Positions 37,783-46,679 of a stretch of 64,000 nt of DNA are shown here, piece after piece. The stretch is from Vicinamibacteria bacterium (lineage in GTDB: Bacteria > Acidobacteriota > Vicinamibacteria > Marinacidobacterales > Marinacidobacteraceae): assembly GCA_965199715.1 (NCBI GenBank), contig OZ241322.1:1504001-1568000 (forward strand), written 5' to 3'. The notes beneath the pieces are model-generated. The model had not been told where the DNA came from. It worked only from the letters and a program-made list of their open reading frames with translations, and did no database searches. The translations under genes and the position numbers were made by a program. The stretch's first letter is position 1. The number at the start of each line of letters is the position of its first letter.

Positions 37783-37804
37783 GCCGCAACCATACAATCG
37801 CCCC
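37783..37804. promoter_or_regulatory. Overlapping divergent -10 elements of two leaderless genes
   Basis: TACAAT (37793-37798, +) 6 nt before GTG 37805; TATGGT (37794-37789, -) 6 nt before GTG 37782. Confidence 0.6.
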
Positions 37805-38356
37805 GTGACTCTTCCGCGCCGCCGATTCCTGAAGTCGTCGGGCCTGGTCGCCGCCGCGGTGGCGGCGCCCGTCGCCGCCCGCGCCCAGTCATCCGCGCTG
37901 CTCCAGGCCGTGGCCGAGGCGGTGCTCCCCGAGGAGATCGGCCCCGACGGAGTCCGCGCCGCGGTCGAGGATTTCACGCGCTGGCTCGACGGCTTCGAGC
38001 CGGTCAAGGCGCAGAACTACGCGTATCTGAACTCGGACGTCGTCCGCTACGGCCCCCCCGATCCGGCGCCGGCGTGGAACGCCCAGCTCGAGGCGCTGGA
38101 TCTCCTCGCCCGGCGGACCCGCGAGCGCGGCTTCGAGGAGCTGTCGCTCGCCGAGCGGCGGGAGCTTCTCGCCGGCGAACTGGACCGGCTCGCCCCCGGC
38201 GACGCGCTGCCGTCGCCGATCCACGCGCCCCATGTCGCCGTCGCCCTGATGGCCCGCTGGGGGAGCCGTCCGGGAAGCGTCGATCTCGCCTACGGCGCCC
38301 GCATCAACCCTCGGGGCTGCCGGGGCCTTCCGAGTGGCGCGGAGCGTCCGTCATGA
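37805..38356 (+). CDS. Tat-exported gluconate-2-dehydrogenase subunit-3-like partner protein
   Basis: PRRRFLK Tat motif; FEELSLAERRELL; directly upstream of a GMC oxidoreductase. Confidence 0.7.
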   Translation: MTLPRRRFLKSSGLVAAAVAAPVAARAQSSALLQAVAEAVLPEEIGPDGVRAAVEDFTRWLDGFEPVKAQNYAYLNSDVVRYGPPDPAPAWNAQLEALDLLARRTRERGFEELSLAERRELLAGELDRLAPGDALPSPIHAPHVAVALMARWGSRPGSVDLAYGARINPRGCRGLPSGAERPS

Positions 38357-39942
38357 CCGTCATCGAGGCCGACGTCGCGATCCTCGGAGCGGGGATCAGC
38401 GCGGCCATGGTCGCCGAGCGCCTCGCCGCGGACACGTCCGCCAGCATCGCGGTCGTCGAGGCCGGAAACCGCATCTTCGACTTCGAGAACCGGTTCGAGA
38501 CCCGCCGCCGGATGCTCGAATACGGCGACAACCCCTACGACCCGGCGCACATCCCCGGCCACTGGTGCCGGAACGGGCAGTCGCGGTCCATGTCGGTGGG
38601 CGGGCTCGCGATGCACTGGGGCGGGACCACGCCGCGGTACTCGCCCGAGGACTTCCGGCTGCGTTCGCTGTTCGGGGCCGGGCGCGACTGGCCGATCGAC
38701 TACGACGACCTCCAGCCGTTCTACCAGGAGGCCGAGGAGCGGATCGGGGTCGCGGGCGAGCAGGGGCCGGCGGAGTACGACCCGAGGAGCGCGGCGTATC
38801 CGATGGATCCGCTGCCGGTCTCGTGGAACCTCGCGCAGGCGCTCAAGTGGACCGAGGGCTCGGGGATCCCCTACTGGCGCAACCCGGTCTCCAAGAACTC
38901 CCGCGCGTACCGGGGCCGGCGCGAGTGCCTGCGCTGCGACACGTGCTCGATCTGCCCGACCGGCGCCAAGTACAGCCCCGACTTCACCTTCATCGAGCTG
39001 CTCGAGGCGAACCGGATCGCGCTCCACGACCGGACCATGATCCGCAGGCTGAAGGTCGCCGCCGGCGGCAACGCGATCGAGGAGGCCGAGGCGTTCCACC
39101 GCGACCGCCCCGACGAGCCGGTGCGCATCCGGGCGCGGCAGTTCGTGCTGGCCGCCGGATACGCGTGGTCGTCGCACCTGCTGCTGACGAGCGCCGACAG
39201 CCGCCACCCCCACGGCGTCGCGAACCGCTCGGGGACGGTCGGGCGCTACGTCACCGGGCACCGGTGGGTGAACGCCTTCGTCTCGGTTCCGATGCGTCTC
39301 TTTCCGGGCGTGTACGGCTCCGACAGCCTTCTCTCCAAGCGCTTCCAGCACAAGGACGACGAGGCTCAGCCCGACGGGAAGTACATCCGCCACGACATGC
39401 GGATCTGGGAATCCAGCTTCGGCCGCGGCCCGCGCCTGCGCGACGACCGGGGCGGGCTGCTGCTCGGCGACCGGATGCTCGCCGACTGGCGCGACCGCGC
39501 CCGGACCGGCGCGCTGCGGATGCGGGCGTACTACGACGTGATCCCCGACCGCGCGAGCGCCCTGACCCTCGAGCCGAAGCGGAAGAACCGCTGGGGGGAT
39601 CCGCTGCCGCGGATCGATTACGTGGACGACCCGGTCTCGGCGGAACTGCGCGGCTACACCGAGAACAAGATCGAGGAGCGCTTCCGGGAGATCCTGAGCG
39701 CGGGCGGCGGCGAGATCATGGACATCCAGTACGCCGACCACTACGACCATCCCGGCGGCGGCTGCCGCATGGGCGACGATCCGGCCGACAGCGTGGTGGA
39801 CGCATGGGGCCGGGCGCACGACCACCCGAACCTGTGGGTGGCGGGAGCGCCGACGATCGTCTCGTCCGGCTGCAACAACGGCACGCTCACGTTCGCCGCG
39901 CTCTCGCTCCGGACCGCCTCGCAGCTCGCCGGCGAGGTCTAG
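38353..39942 (+). CDS. GMC family FAD oxidoreductase
   Basis: ILGAG Rossmann motif, VGGLAMHW, WPIDY, CLRCDTCSICP Cys cluster, HPGGGCRMG. Confidence 0.9.
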   Translation: MTVIEADVAILGAGISAAMVAERLAADTSASIAVVEAGNRIFDFENRFETRRRMLEYGDNPYDPAHIPGHWCRNGQSRSMSVGGLAMHWGGTTPRYSPEDFRLRSLFGAGRDWPIDYDDLQPFYQEAEERIGVAGEQGPAEYDPRSAAYPMDPLPVSWNLAQALKWTEGSGIPYWRNPVSKNSRAYRGRRECLRCDTCSICPTGAKYSPDFTFIELLEANRIALHDRTMIRRLKVAAGGNAIEEAEAFHRDRPDEPVRIRARQFVLAAGYAWSSHLLLTSADSRHPHGVANRSGTVGRYVTGHRWVNAFVSVPMRLFPGVYGSDSLLSKRFQHKDDEAQPDGKYIRHDMRIWESSFGRGPRLRDDRGGLLLGDRMLADWRDRARTGALRMRAYYDVIPDRASALTLEPKRKNRWGDPLPRIDYVDDPVSAELRGYTENKIEERFREILSAGGGEIMDIQYADHYDHPGGGCRMGDDPADSVVDAWGRAHDHPNLWVAGAPTIVSSGCNNGTLTFAALSLRTASQLAGEV

Positions 39943-39945
39943 GTT

Positions 39946-41139
39946 TTGCGGCGCGGCCTCCTCCTCGCGCTGCTCGTCGGCTGCGGGACAACCCCGCCGG
40001 ACACCGATGTCCTCGTCCTGACCGCGGACCTCGTGCTCGACGGCCGGGGCGCGGCGCTCACCGGCCACGGCGTGGCCGTCCGGGATGGCCGGATCGTCGC
40101 CGTAGCGCCGGTGGCCGAGCTTCCGTCCGGCGAGCGCCGCGACTTCCCCGGCGGGACGATCCTGCCGGGATTCATCGATACTCACGTCCACCTCGACTGG
40201 CATTTCGACGAGAGCGGCAAGCTGGCGCGGGGCGCTTCCGGCGACACGGCGGCGATGGCCGCCGTCGAGAACGGTCTCGCCATGCTGGACGCCGGGTTCA
40301 CCACCGTCCAGAGCCTCGGCAGCCCGGTGGACGGCCCGGTGCGCGACGCGATCCACCGCGGAACCGTGCCCGGCCCCCGAGTGCTGACCACGCTCGGCCA
40401 ACTCGGCGCGGGGACCGGCGGCCCCGACGAACTCGCGGCGGAAGTGCATCGGCTCGCCGACGCGGGAGCCGACGCGATCAAGATCTTCGCGTCCGAGAGC
40501 ATCCGGGTCGGCGGCGGCCCGACGCTCTCGCTGGAGCAACTGGAGGCGGCCTGCGGCGCGTCGAGCGAGCGCGGCCTGCGGACGCTGGTCCACGCCCACG
40601 GCCCCGAGAGCGCCGCCCGCGCCTCGAACGCCGGGTGCACCGCGATCGAGCACGGGGCGCTGCTCGACCAGGCGACGCTCGACCTGCTGGCGGCCAACGG
40701 GACGTACTACGACCCGAACACGTACCTCATCTTCGCGAACTATTTCGAGAACCGGGACCGCTACCTCGGGATCGGGAACTACACCGAGGAGGGATTCGCG
40801 GCGATGGAAGCGGGCGGCGTCCGCGCCATGGAGACCTTCCAAATGGCGCTTGAGACGGAGGGGCTCAAGATCGTCTTCGGAACCGATGCGGTCGCCGGAG
40901 CCCACGGCCAGAACATCCGGGAAGCCACGGCGCGGGTGCGCGACGGCGGGCAGGACCCGGCGGACGTGATCGTCGGGCTCACGTCGCTTGCGGCGGAGTC
41001 GCTCGGAATGGGCGACGAGATCGGGACGCTGGCTGCGGGCTACGCGGCGGACGTGGTGGTCGTGGACGGGAACCCGCTTGCGGAAGTCGAGGCGCTTGGG
41101 CGCGTGCTGCTGGTGATGCGAGACGGTAGGATCCGGTAA
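39946..41139 (+). CDS. Amidohydrolase family protein (lipoprotein)
   Basis: Lipobox LVGC; PGFIDTHVH, IKIFA, HAH, IEHG, FGTD, ADVVVVDGNP. Confidence 0.9.
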   Translation: MRRGLLLALLVGCGTTPPDTDVLVLTADLVLDGRGAALTGHGVAVRDGRIVAVAPVAELPSGERRDFPGGTILPGFIDTHVHLDWHFDESGKLARGASGDTAAMAAVENGLAMLDAGFTTVQSLGSPVDGPVRDAIHRGTVPGPRVLTTLGQLGAGTGGPDELAAEVHRLADAGADAIKIFASESIRVGGGPTLSLEQLEAACGASSERGLRTLVHAHGPESAARASNAGCTAIEHGALLDQATLDLLAANGTYYDPNTYLIFANYFENRDRYLGIGNYTEEGFAAMEAGGVRAMETFQMALETEGLKIVFGTDAVAGAHGQNIREATARVRDGGQDPADVIVGLTSLAAESLGMGDEIGTLAAGYAADVVVVDGNPLAEVEALGRVLLVMRDGRIR

Positions 41140-41146
41140 GCACAAC

Positions 41147-43689
41147 ATGGCACGGAGCTTGCGCCCGCCCGCCCGCCCGCCCGTTCTAGGTCTCGAGGCC
41201 GGAAATTAGAAAGCTACGTCCATGAAGGGGCGGAGCGCCTCAACGCCCCGCCGGTCGGACTTGTCACCGCGGATACCGATTTTGCGCCGGAGCGGAAACG
41301 CTGGGATCACGACCCGCATCTCGACCCCACGCTCCAGTGGGCGGGCAAGGTTGAAGGAACCTCATTCGAGATTCCAACCGTCTCGCTGCACGTGCACGAG
41401 CGGATAGACCCCCGGACGATCATCGAGGCGGTACGCCGCCAACCGGAACCGGCTCAACAGTCCCTGTTCCAGTCAAGCCTGCCGCTGCGGCAGGCGATTG
41501 ACTTCTACGGTCACCGGGACGACTGGAGCAATCGGCTGATCGCGGGCGACAGCCTGCTGGTCATGAACAGCCTCCTCGAGAAGGAGGGCATGGGCGGCAA
41601 GGTCCAGATGGTCTATGTGGACCCGCCGTATGGGATCAAGTACGGCTCCAACTTCCAGCCGTTCGTCAACAAGCGGGAAGTCACCGACAACGACCTGACC
41701 CGGGAGCCGGAGACGCTCAAGGCGTTCCGCGACACGTGGGAACTCGGCATCCACTCGTGGCTGACCTACCTCCGGGACCGCCTGCGCCTCGCCCGGGAAC
41801 TCCTCACCGAGTCCGGGAGCGTCTTCGTCCAGATCGGCGACGAGAACCTCGACCTCGTGCTCGGGCTCATGGGGGACGTGTTCGGACGTGAGAACCGCGT
41901 GGCCACGATCAGTTTTGTCAAGACCGGCGGCAGTTCCAGCAGCCGGTTACCCAAGGCCGCCGATTACCTCGCCTGGTTCGCCAAGAACATCAACAAGCTC
42001 AAGTACCGACAGATCTACGAGGAGTTGACTCGCGAGGAGACGGTTGAACTCTTCAGTTCCTACGCCATGGTGGAGAGGGATGGGCGCTCGCTCCCCCTGA
42101 CCAAGGAGGAGCGGCGAGAGCTGCCGACCGACGCTCGCATTTTCCGTCGGGAACGCCTCGTTTCGCCGGGCACTTCGACGACCGGGCGGTCCGCCCCCTA
42201 TCGATGGGACGGGGTCACCTACCCCTGTCCCGCGGGTCAGCAGTGGCGCGTATCGCCGGAAGGCATGAATCGGCTTGCGCAGCTCGGGCGGCTGACTTCG
42301 GTCGGAGCGGGTTCCGAGCTCTCGTGGAAACGGTACGAGAGCGAAGTTCCCGGGCGCCGCCTCCACAACATCTGGCCGGACCAGATGTCTGCCCCGGGCC
42401 CGCGTTACGTCGTCGAGACGTACACCAAGGTCATCCAGCGATGCCTGCTGATGACCACCGACCCCGGCGATCTCGCGCTCGACATCACCTGCGGTTCCGG
42501 TGTCACCGCCTTCGTCGCCGAGCAATGGGGCCGCCGCTGGATCACCTGCGACACGTCGCGGGTCGCGGTCACGCTCGCCCGCCAGCGGCTCATGGCCGCG
42601 CACTTCGACTATTACAAGCTGGCCCATCCGGACGAGGGCGTGGGTAGCGGCTTCGAGTACCACTCGGTCCCGAAGGTCTCCGCCGGCAGCCTCGCCTATG
42701 ACCGCAACGAGGTCACTACCCTCTACGACCGGCCTCACATCGACAGGAAGAAGGTCCGGGTCACCGGCCCCTTTACCGTCGAAGCCGTCCCGGCCCCGAC
42801 CGTTCGTTCGCTGGACGAGTCCGACCCGCAGCCCGCCGACGCCTCGGTGGGCCGCAGCGGCGCCACCGTGCGCGAGGCCGACTGGCGCGACGAGCTGTTG
42901 CGCACCGGCATTCGCGGACGCGGCGGCCACAAGCTGCGGTTCTCCCGGCTGGAGCCGCTGGGAGCGCGGTGGCTCCACGCCGATGGCGAGACGCTCGCCG
43001 AGGACGAGCCGGCCCAGATGGCCGCCGAACCGGCGGCGTCCTTCGATTCCGAGCGGGTCGTCGTCTCCTTCGGCCCCGACCACGCGCCGCTGGACAGGAC
43101 CCAGGTCGAACTCGCCCGCGAGGAGGCCCTGAAGCTCGTCCCCCGTCCGAAGATCATCGTCTTCTGCGCCTTCCAGTTCGATCCCGAGGCCGCGAAGGAC
43201 ATCGACGAGACCCGCTGGGCCGGCGTGACGCTGCTCAAGGCGCAGATGAACGCGGATCTCCTGACCGAGGACCTGAAGCGCAAGCGCGCCGGCAACGAGA
43301 GCTTCTGGCTGGTCGGCCAGCCCGACGCGGACGTGGAGGAGCTTGACGACGGCGAGGTCCGGGTGACCGTCCGGGGCTTCGATTACTTCGATGTCCGCTC
43401 CGGCGAGTTGGATTCGGGCGGCCCCGATCGAATCGCGATCTGGATGCTCGACCCCGACTACGACGGGCGCAGCCTCTTCCCCTGGCAGGCGTTCTTTCCG
43501 CAGGCCGACGCGAAGGGCGGTTGGGCGCGGCTCGCGAAGTCGCTCAACGCCGAGATCGACCCCGACCGAATCGAGGCGTACCGGGGCACGGTCTCGCTTC
43601 CGTTCAAACCCGGCAAGCACCGCCGGGCGGCGGTCAAGATCGTGGACGACCGCGGGATCGAGAGCCTGAAGCTGCTGGACCTGCCGTGA
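41147..43689 (+). CDS. mod: Type III R-M methyltransferase (Mod); frameshifted at a (GCCC)5 tract near the 5' end
   Basis: DPPY and DITCGSG motifs. Mod-like N-terminal sequence (ESYVHE...NAPPVGLVT...DPHLDPTLQWAGK) is in the main frame upstream of the first in-frame GTG (41392). ATG 41147 is out of frame and stops at 41207-41209. Confidence 0.85.
41163..41182 (+). repeat. Simple sequence repeat (GCCC)5
   Basis: Perfect gccc x5 starting 16 nt after the A of ATG 41147. Confidence 0.95.
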
Positions 43690-46364
43690 CCCGCAAGCGG
43701 GCGATCGACGAACTCATCATCGCCTCGGCGTGGAGCGCCCCGACCGAGCACTGGCGGTACGACCGCGACGAGCGGACGTTCGAGCGCAACGCCGGGCGCC
43801 GTCCGGCGGGCTACCACGTGGCAGCCGAGACCGACGATCCCCACGATCCGGGAAGGTTCGTCGAGCTTCCGCTCGTGAACGCGATCCGCAAGCGCGTGGC
43901 CGACTGGCGCGACGCCGGCTGGCCGGGAACCACCGGGACCACCCGGCGGCTGCTGGAGCACTGGCGCCGTCCCGAGCGCGATCCGCGTCTTTTCTTCTGT
44001 CAGCTCGAGGCCGCCGAAACCCTGATCTGGCACGCCGAGGCCCCCGAGACCGCCCGCACCGGCATCCACGTCCCCGGCGACGGCGGGCCGTTTCCGCGCC
44101 TGTGCTCCAAGATGGCCACCGGCACCGGCAAGACCGTGGTGATGGCCATGGCGATCGCCTGGCACGTCCTGAACCGGATCGCCTCGCCGAGGGACCCGCG
44201 CTTCTCCCGCAACGTGCTCGTCATGGCCCCGGGCCTGACGGTGCGCGATCGGCTTCGGGTGCTCGATCCGTCCGCTTCCGGCAACTACTACGCGGAGTTC
44301 GACCTGGTGCCGTCGGCGCTGCGCGAGCGGCTCCGGCGCGGCCGGGTGGTCGTGCGTAACTGGCACTCGCTGGACGTGAAACCCAAGCAGGCGAAGAGCG
44401 TGGACAAGCGCGGCCCGAAGAGCGACGCGGCGTGGGTGCGGGACGTTCTCGGAGAGATGGCGCGGGAGAAGCGCATCCTCGTCGTCAACGACGAGGCGCA
44501 CCACGCCTGGCGGCTCCCCGAGGGCGCGAAGGCGAAAAAGACGCTCGTGGACCAGACGAAGTGGATCGGCGCGCTGGACCGCCTGCACCGCGTCCGGGGC
44601 GTGCTCGGCTGCCTCGACTTCTCGGCGACTCCCTTCACGCCGGCGCTCTCGAACCGCAGCGAGGCGCTCTTCGCCTGGACGGTCAGCGACTTCGGCCTCA
44701 ACGACGCCATCGAGTCCGGCCTCGTCAAGACGCCGCGGGTCGTCGTCAAGGACGACGCCTCGACCGACCGCTCGCGCCTCTTCCACATCTACAAGGACGA
44801 CGAGGTCAAGGAGGACCTGAACCGGAGGTCGCAGCCGGGAGACCCGCTCCCGGACCTGGTGCTGAACGCCTACGACCTGCTCGGCCACGACTGGGACCGC
44901 ACGCGGCGCAAGTGGGAGGAGCTCGGGCACGCGACCCGGCCGGTGCTCATCACGGTCGCGAACCGCACTGAGACGGCGGCTCGCATCAAGCGCGCCTTCG
45001 ATGCCGGCAAGGTCCGGATCGCCGCGCTCAAGGACCCGGGCCGGACGCTCCACATCGACTCGAAGGTGCTCGAGGCCGCCGAGAAAGTGGAGGGCGTCCG
45101 CTCCGGGAACGCCAACCAGAAGGAGCGCGCCGAGAAGCTGCGCCGGCAGGTGGACACCGTCGGCAAGCCGGGCGCGCCCGGCGAGCGCATCCAGAACGTG
45201 ATCTCGGTGGACATGCTCTCCGAGGGCTGGGACGCACGGACGGTGACCCACATCATGGGCCTGCGGGCGTTCACGAGCCAGCTTCTCTGCGAGCAGGCGG
45301 TCGGGCGGGGGCTGCGGCGGATCTCGTGGGACGTGGACAAGGAGACGAGACGGTTCGCCCCGGAGTACGTGAACGTCTTCGGGATCCCGTTTCCGTTCCT
45401 GCCGCACGAGGAGGACGGTCCCGAGCCGCCGCCGCCAAAGCCGAGGCGCATGGTGGCGACGGTTCCGGGCCGGGAGCGCTTTCGAATCGCGTGGCCGAAC
45501 GTCGTCCGGGTCGCGCCTTCCTATCGACCCCTGCTGTCGCTCGGCGACTTCGAGCCGCTGGAGCTCGACGCGGCGAAGACGGCGCGGGCCGCCGAACTGG
45601 CGGAGATCGTGGACGGCGTTCCCGACGAAGAGCGGCTCAGCCGGATCGAACTCGCGCCGGAGCCACGTTTTCAGCAGGTTCTGTTCGAGGCCGCCGCCGA
45701 CGTGTACGCACGGATCCAGCCCGACTGGCGAGGGGAGCGGGGGGAGCTACTCGCTCAGGTCGCGCGGCTCGTCGAGCAGGCGCTTCGGCCGGACCGCATC
45801 CGGGTGGTCCCGGACCGCGGCGCCCGGTGGCGGAGGCTCGTCGTCACGTTCAACATGACGCGGATCGTCCAGCACCTCTGGCAGGCGATTCGCTTCGAGA
45901 GCGTGGAGCGGTTCGAGCTGGTGCTGGACCCCGACGAGCCGATGCGCTCGACCGGCGACATGGCGGCCTGGCACACGAGCCGGCCCTGCCACGAGTCGAA
46001 GCGGAGCCACGTCAACCTCTCCGTGTGCGACAGCGGCTGGGAGCGAACGGTGGCGGAGGCGCTCGATCGCAGCCCGGTCGTCGGGGCGTGGGTCACGAAC
46101 GACCACCTCGGGTTCGATATCGGATACATCCACAAGGGGGTGATGCGCAAGTACGTCCCCGACTTCCTGATCCGGTTGACGAACGGGCGACGTCTCGTGC
46201 TCGAAGTCAAGGGCGTGGACAGCCCGAAGGACCGGACCAAGCGCGAGTTCCTCGACGAGTGGGTCAAGGGGGTCAACGCCGACGGGCGGTTCGGCGAGTG
46301 GGCGTGGGACGTGCTGTTCGACCCGGACGAGATCGACGGGTTGCTGGCGCGGGCCGCCGCGTAG
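43686..46364 (+). CDS. res: Type III restriction enzyme Res subunit (DEAD/H helicase + PD-(D/E)xK nuclease)
   Basis: FFCQLEA, KMATGTGKT, NDEAHH, SATP, MLSEGWD, QAVGRGLRR, YVPDF...LEVKG; coupled to mod (GTGA). Confidence 0.92.
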   Translation: MTRKRAIDELIIASAWSAPTEHWRYDRDERTFERNAGRRPAGYHVAAETDDPHDPGRFVELPLVNAIRKRVADWRDAGWPGTTGTTRRLLEHWRRPERDPRLFFCQLEAAETLIWHAEAPETARTGIHVPGDGGPFPRLCSKMATGTGKTVVMAMAIAWHVLNRIASPRDPRFSRNVLVMAPGLTVRDRLRVLDPSASGNYYAEFDLVPSALRERLRRGRVVVRNWHSLDVKPKQAKSVDKRGPKSDAAWVRDVLGEMAREKRILVVNDEAHHAWRLPEGAKAKKTLVDQTKWIGALDRLHRVRGVLGCLDFSATPFTPALSNRSEALFAWTVSDFGLNDAIESGLVKTPRVVVKDDASTDRSRLFHIYKDDEVKEDLNRRSQPGDPLPDLVLNAYDLLGHDWDRTRRKWEELGHATRPVLITVANRTETAARIKRAFDAGKVRIAALKDPGRTLHIDSKVLEAAEKVEGVRSGNANQKERAEKLRRQVDTVGKPGAPGERIQNVISVDMLSEGWDARTVTHIMGLRAFTSQLLCEQAVGRGLRRISWDVDKETRRFAPEYVNVFGIPFPFLPHEEDGPEPPPPKPRRMVATVPGRERFRIAWPNVVRVAPSYRPLLSLGDFEPLELDAAKTARAAELAEIVDGVPDEERLSRIELAPEPRFQQVLFEAAADVYARIQPDWRGERGELLAQVARLVEQALRPDRIRVVPDRGARWRRLVVTFNMTRIVQHLWQAIRFESVERFELVLDPDEPMRSTGDMAAWHTSRPCHESKRSHVNLSVCDSGWERTVAEALDRSPVVGAWVTNDHLGFDIGYIHKGVMRKYVPDFLIRLTNGRRLVLEVKGVDSPKDRTKREFLDEWVKGVNADGRFGEWAWDVLFDPDEIDGLLARAAA

Positions 46365-46369
46365 TCAGG

Positions 46370-46510
46370 CGGCCTTCGCCGACGATCACGACCCGCTGCC
46401 ACAGCGTGACCAACGGGCGCTTCGGGCACCCGGACCCCGAGCAGGTCCGCCGGATCTCGATGCGGGAGGCCGCCCGGCTGCGTTCCGCGACGACTACGTG
46501 TTCCATCCGG
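46370..46510 (+). pseudogene. Relic of the C-terminal part of a C5 DNA methyltransferase
   Basis: RPSPTITTRCHSVTNGRFGHPDPEQVRRISMREAARL, then after a frameshift DDYVFHP; no start and no catalytic motifs. Confidence 0.75.
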
Positions 46511-46679
46511 TGCGTCCGTGAACTCCGCCACGTAAGGGCGCGGCTGGTTGTCGCCCAACCACGCGGGCTCCAGGCGGGGAGACGTTTCGCAGGCGCGAGG
46601 TGGGAGTTGTCGCTACCGAGGGTCAGGATTCGTCAGTGCTCCCCGGACGGTCCGCGCGTGCTGGGCAGTCCACTGGCCC

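Noticed and set aside
37805-39942. Tat small subunit + GMC oxidoreductase lacking a cytochrome subunit
   Set aside because: Common two-gene arrangement
41392-43689. GTG 41392 as the true start of mod
   Set aside because: Mod-like sequence continues in frame for about 60 codons upstream and no SD is evident; kept only as an alternative
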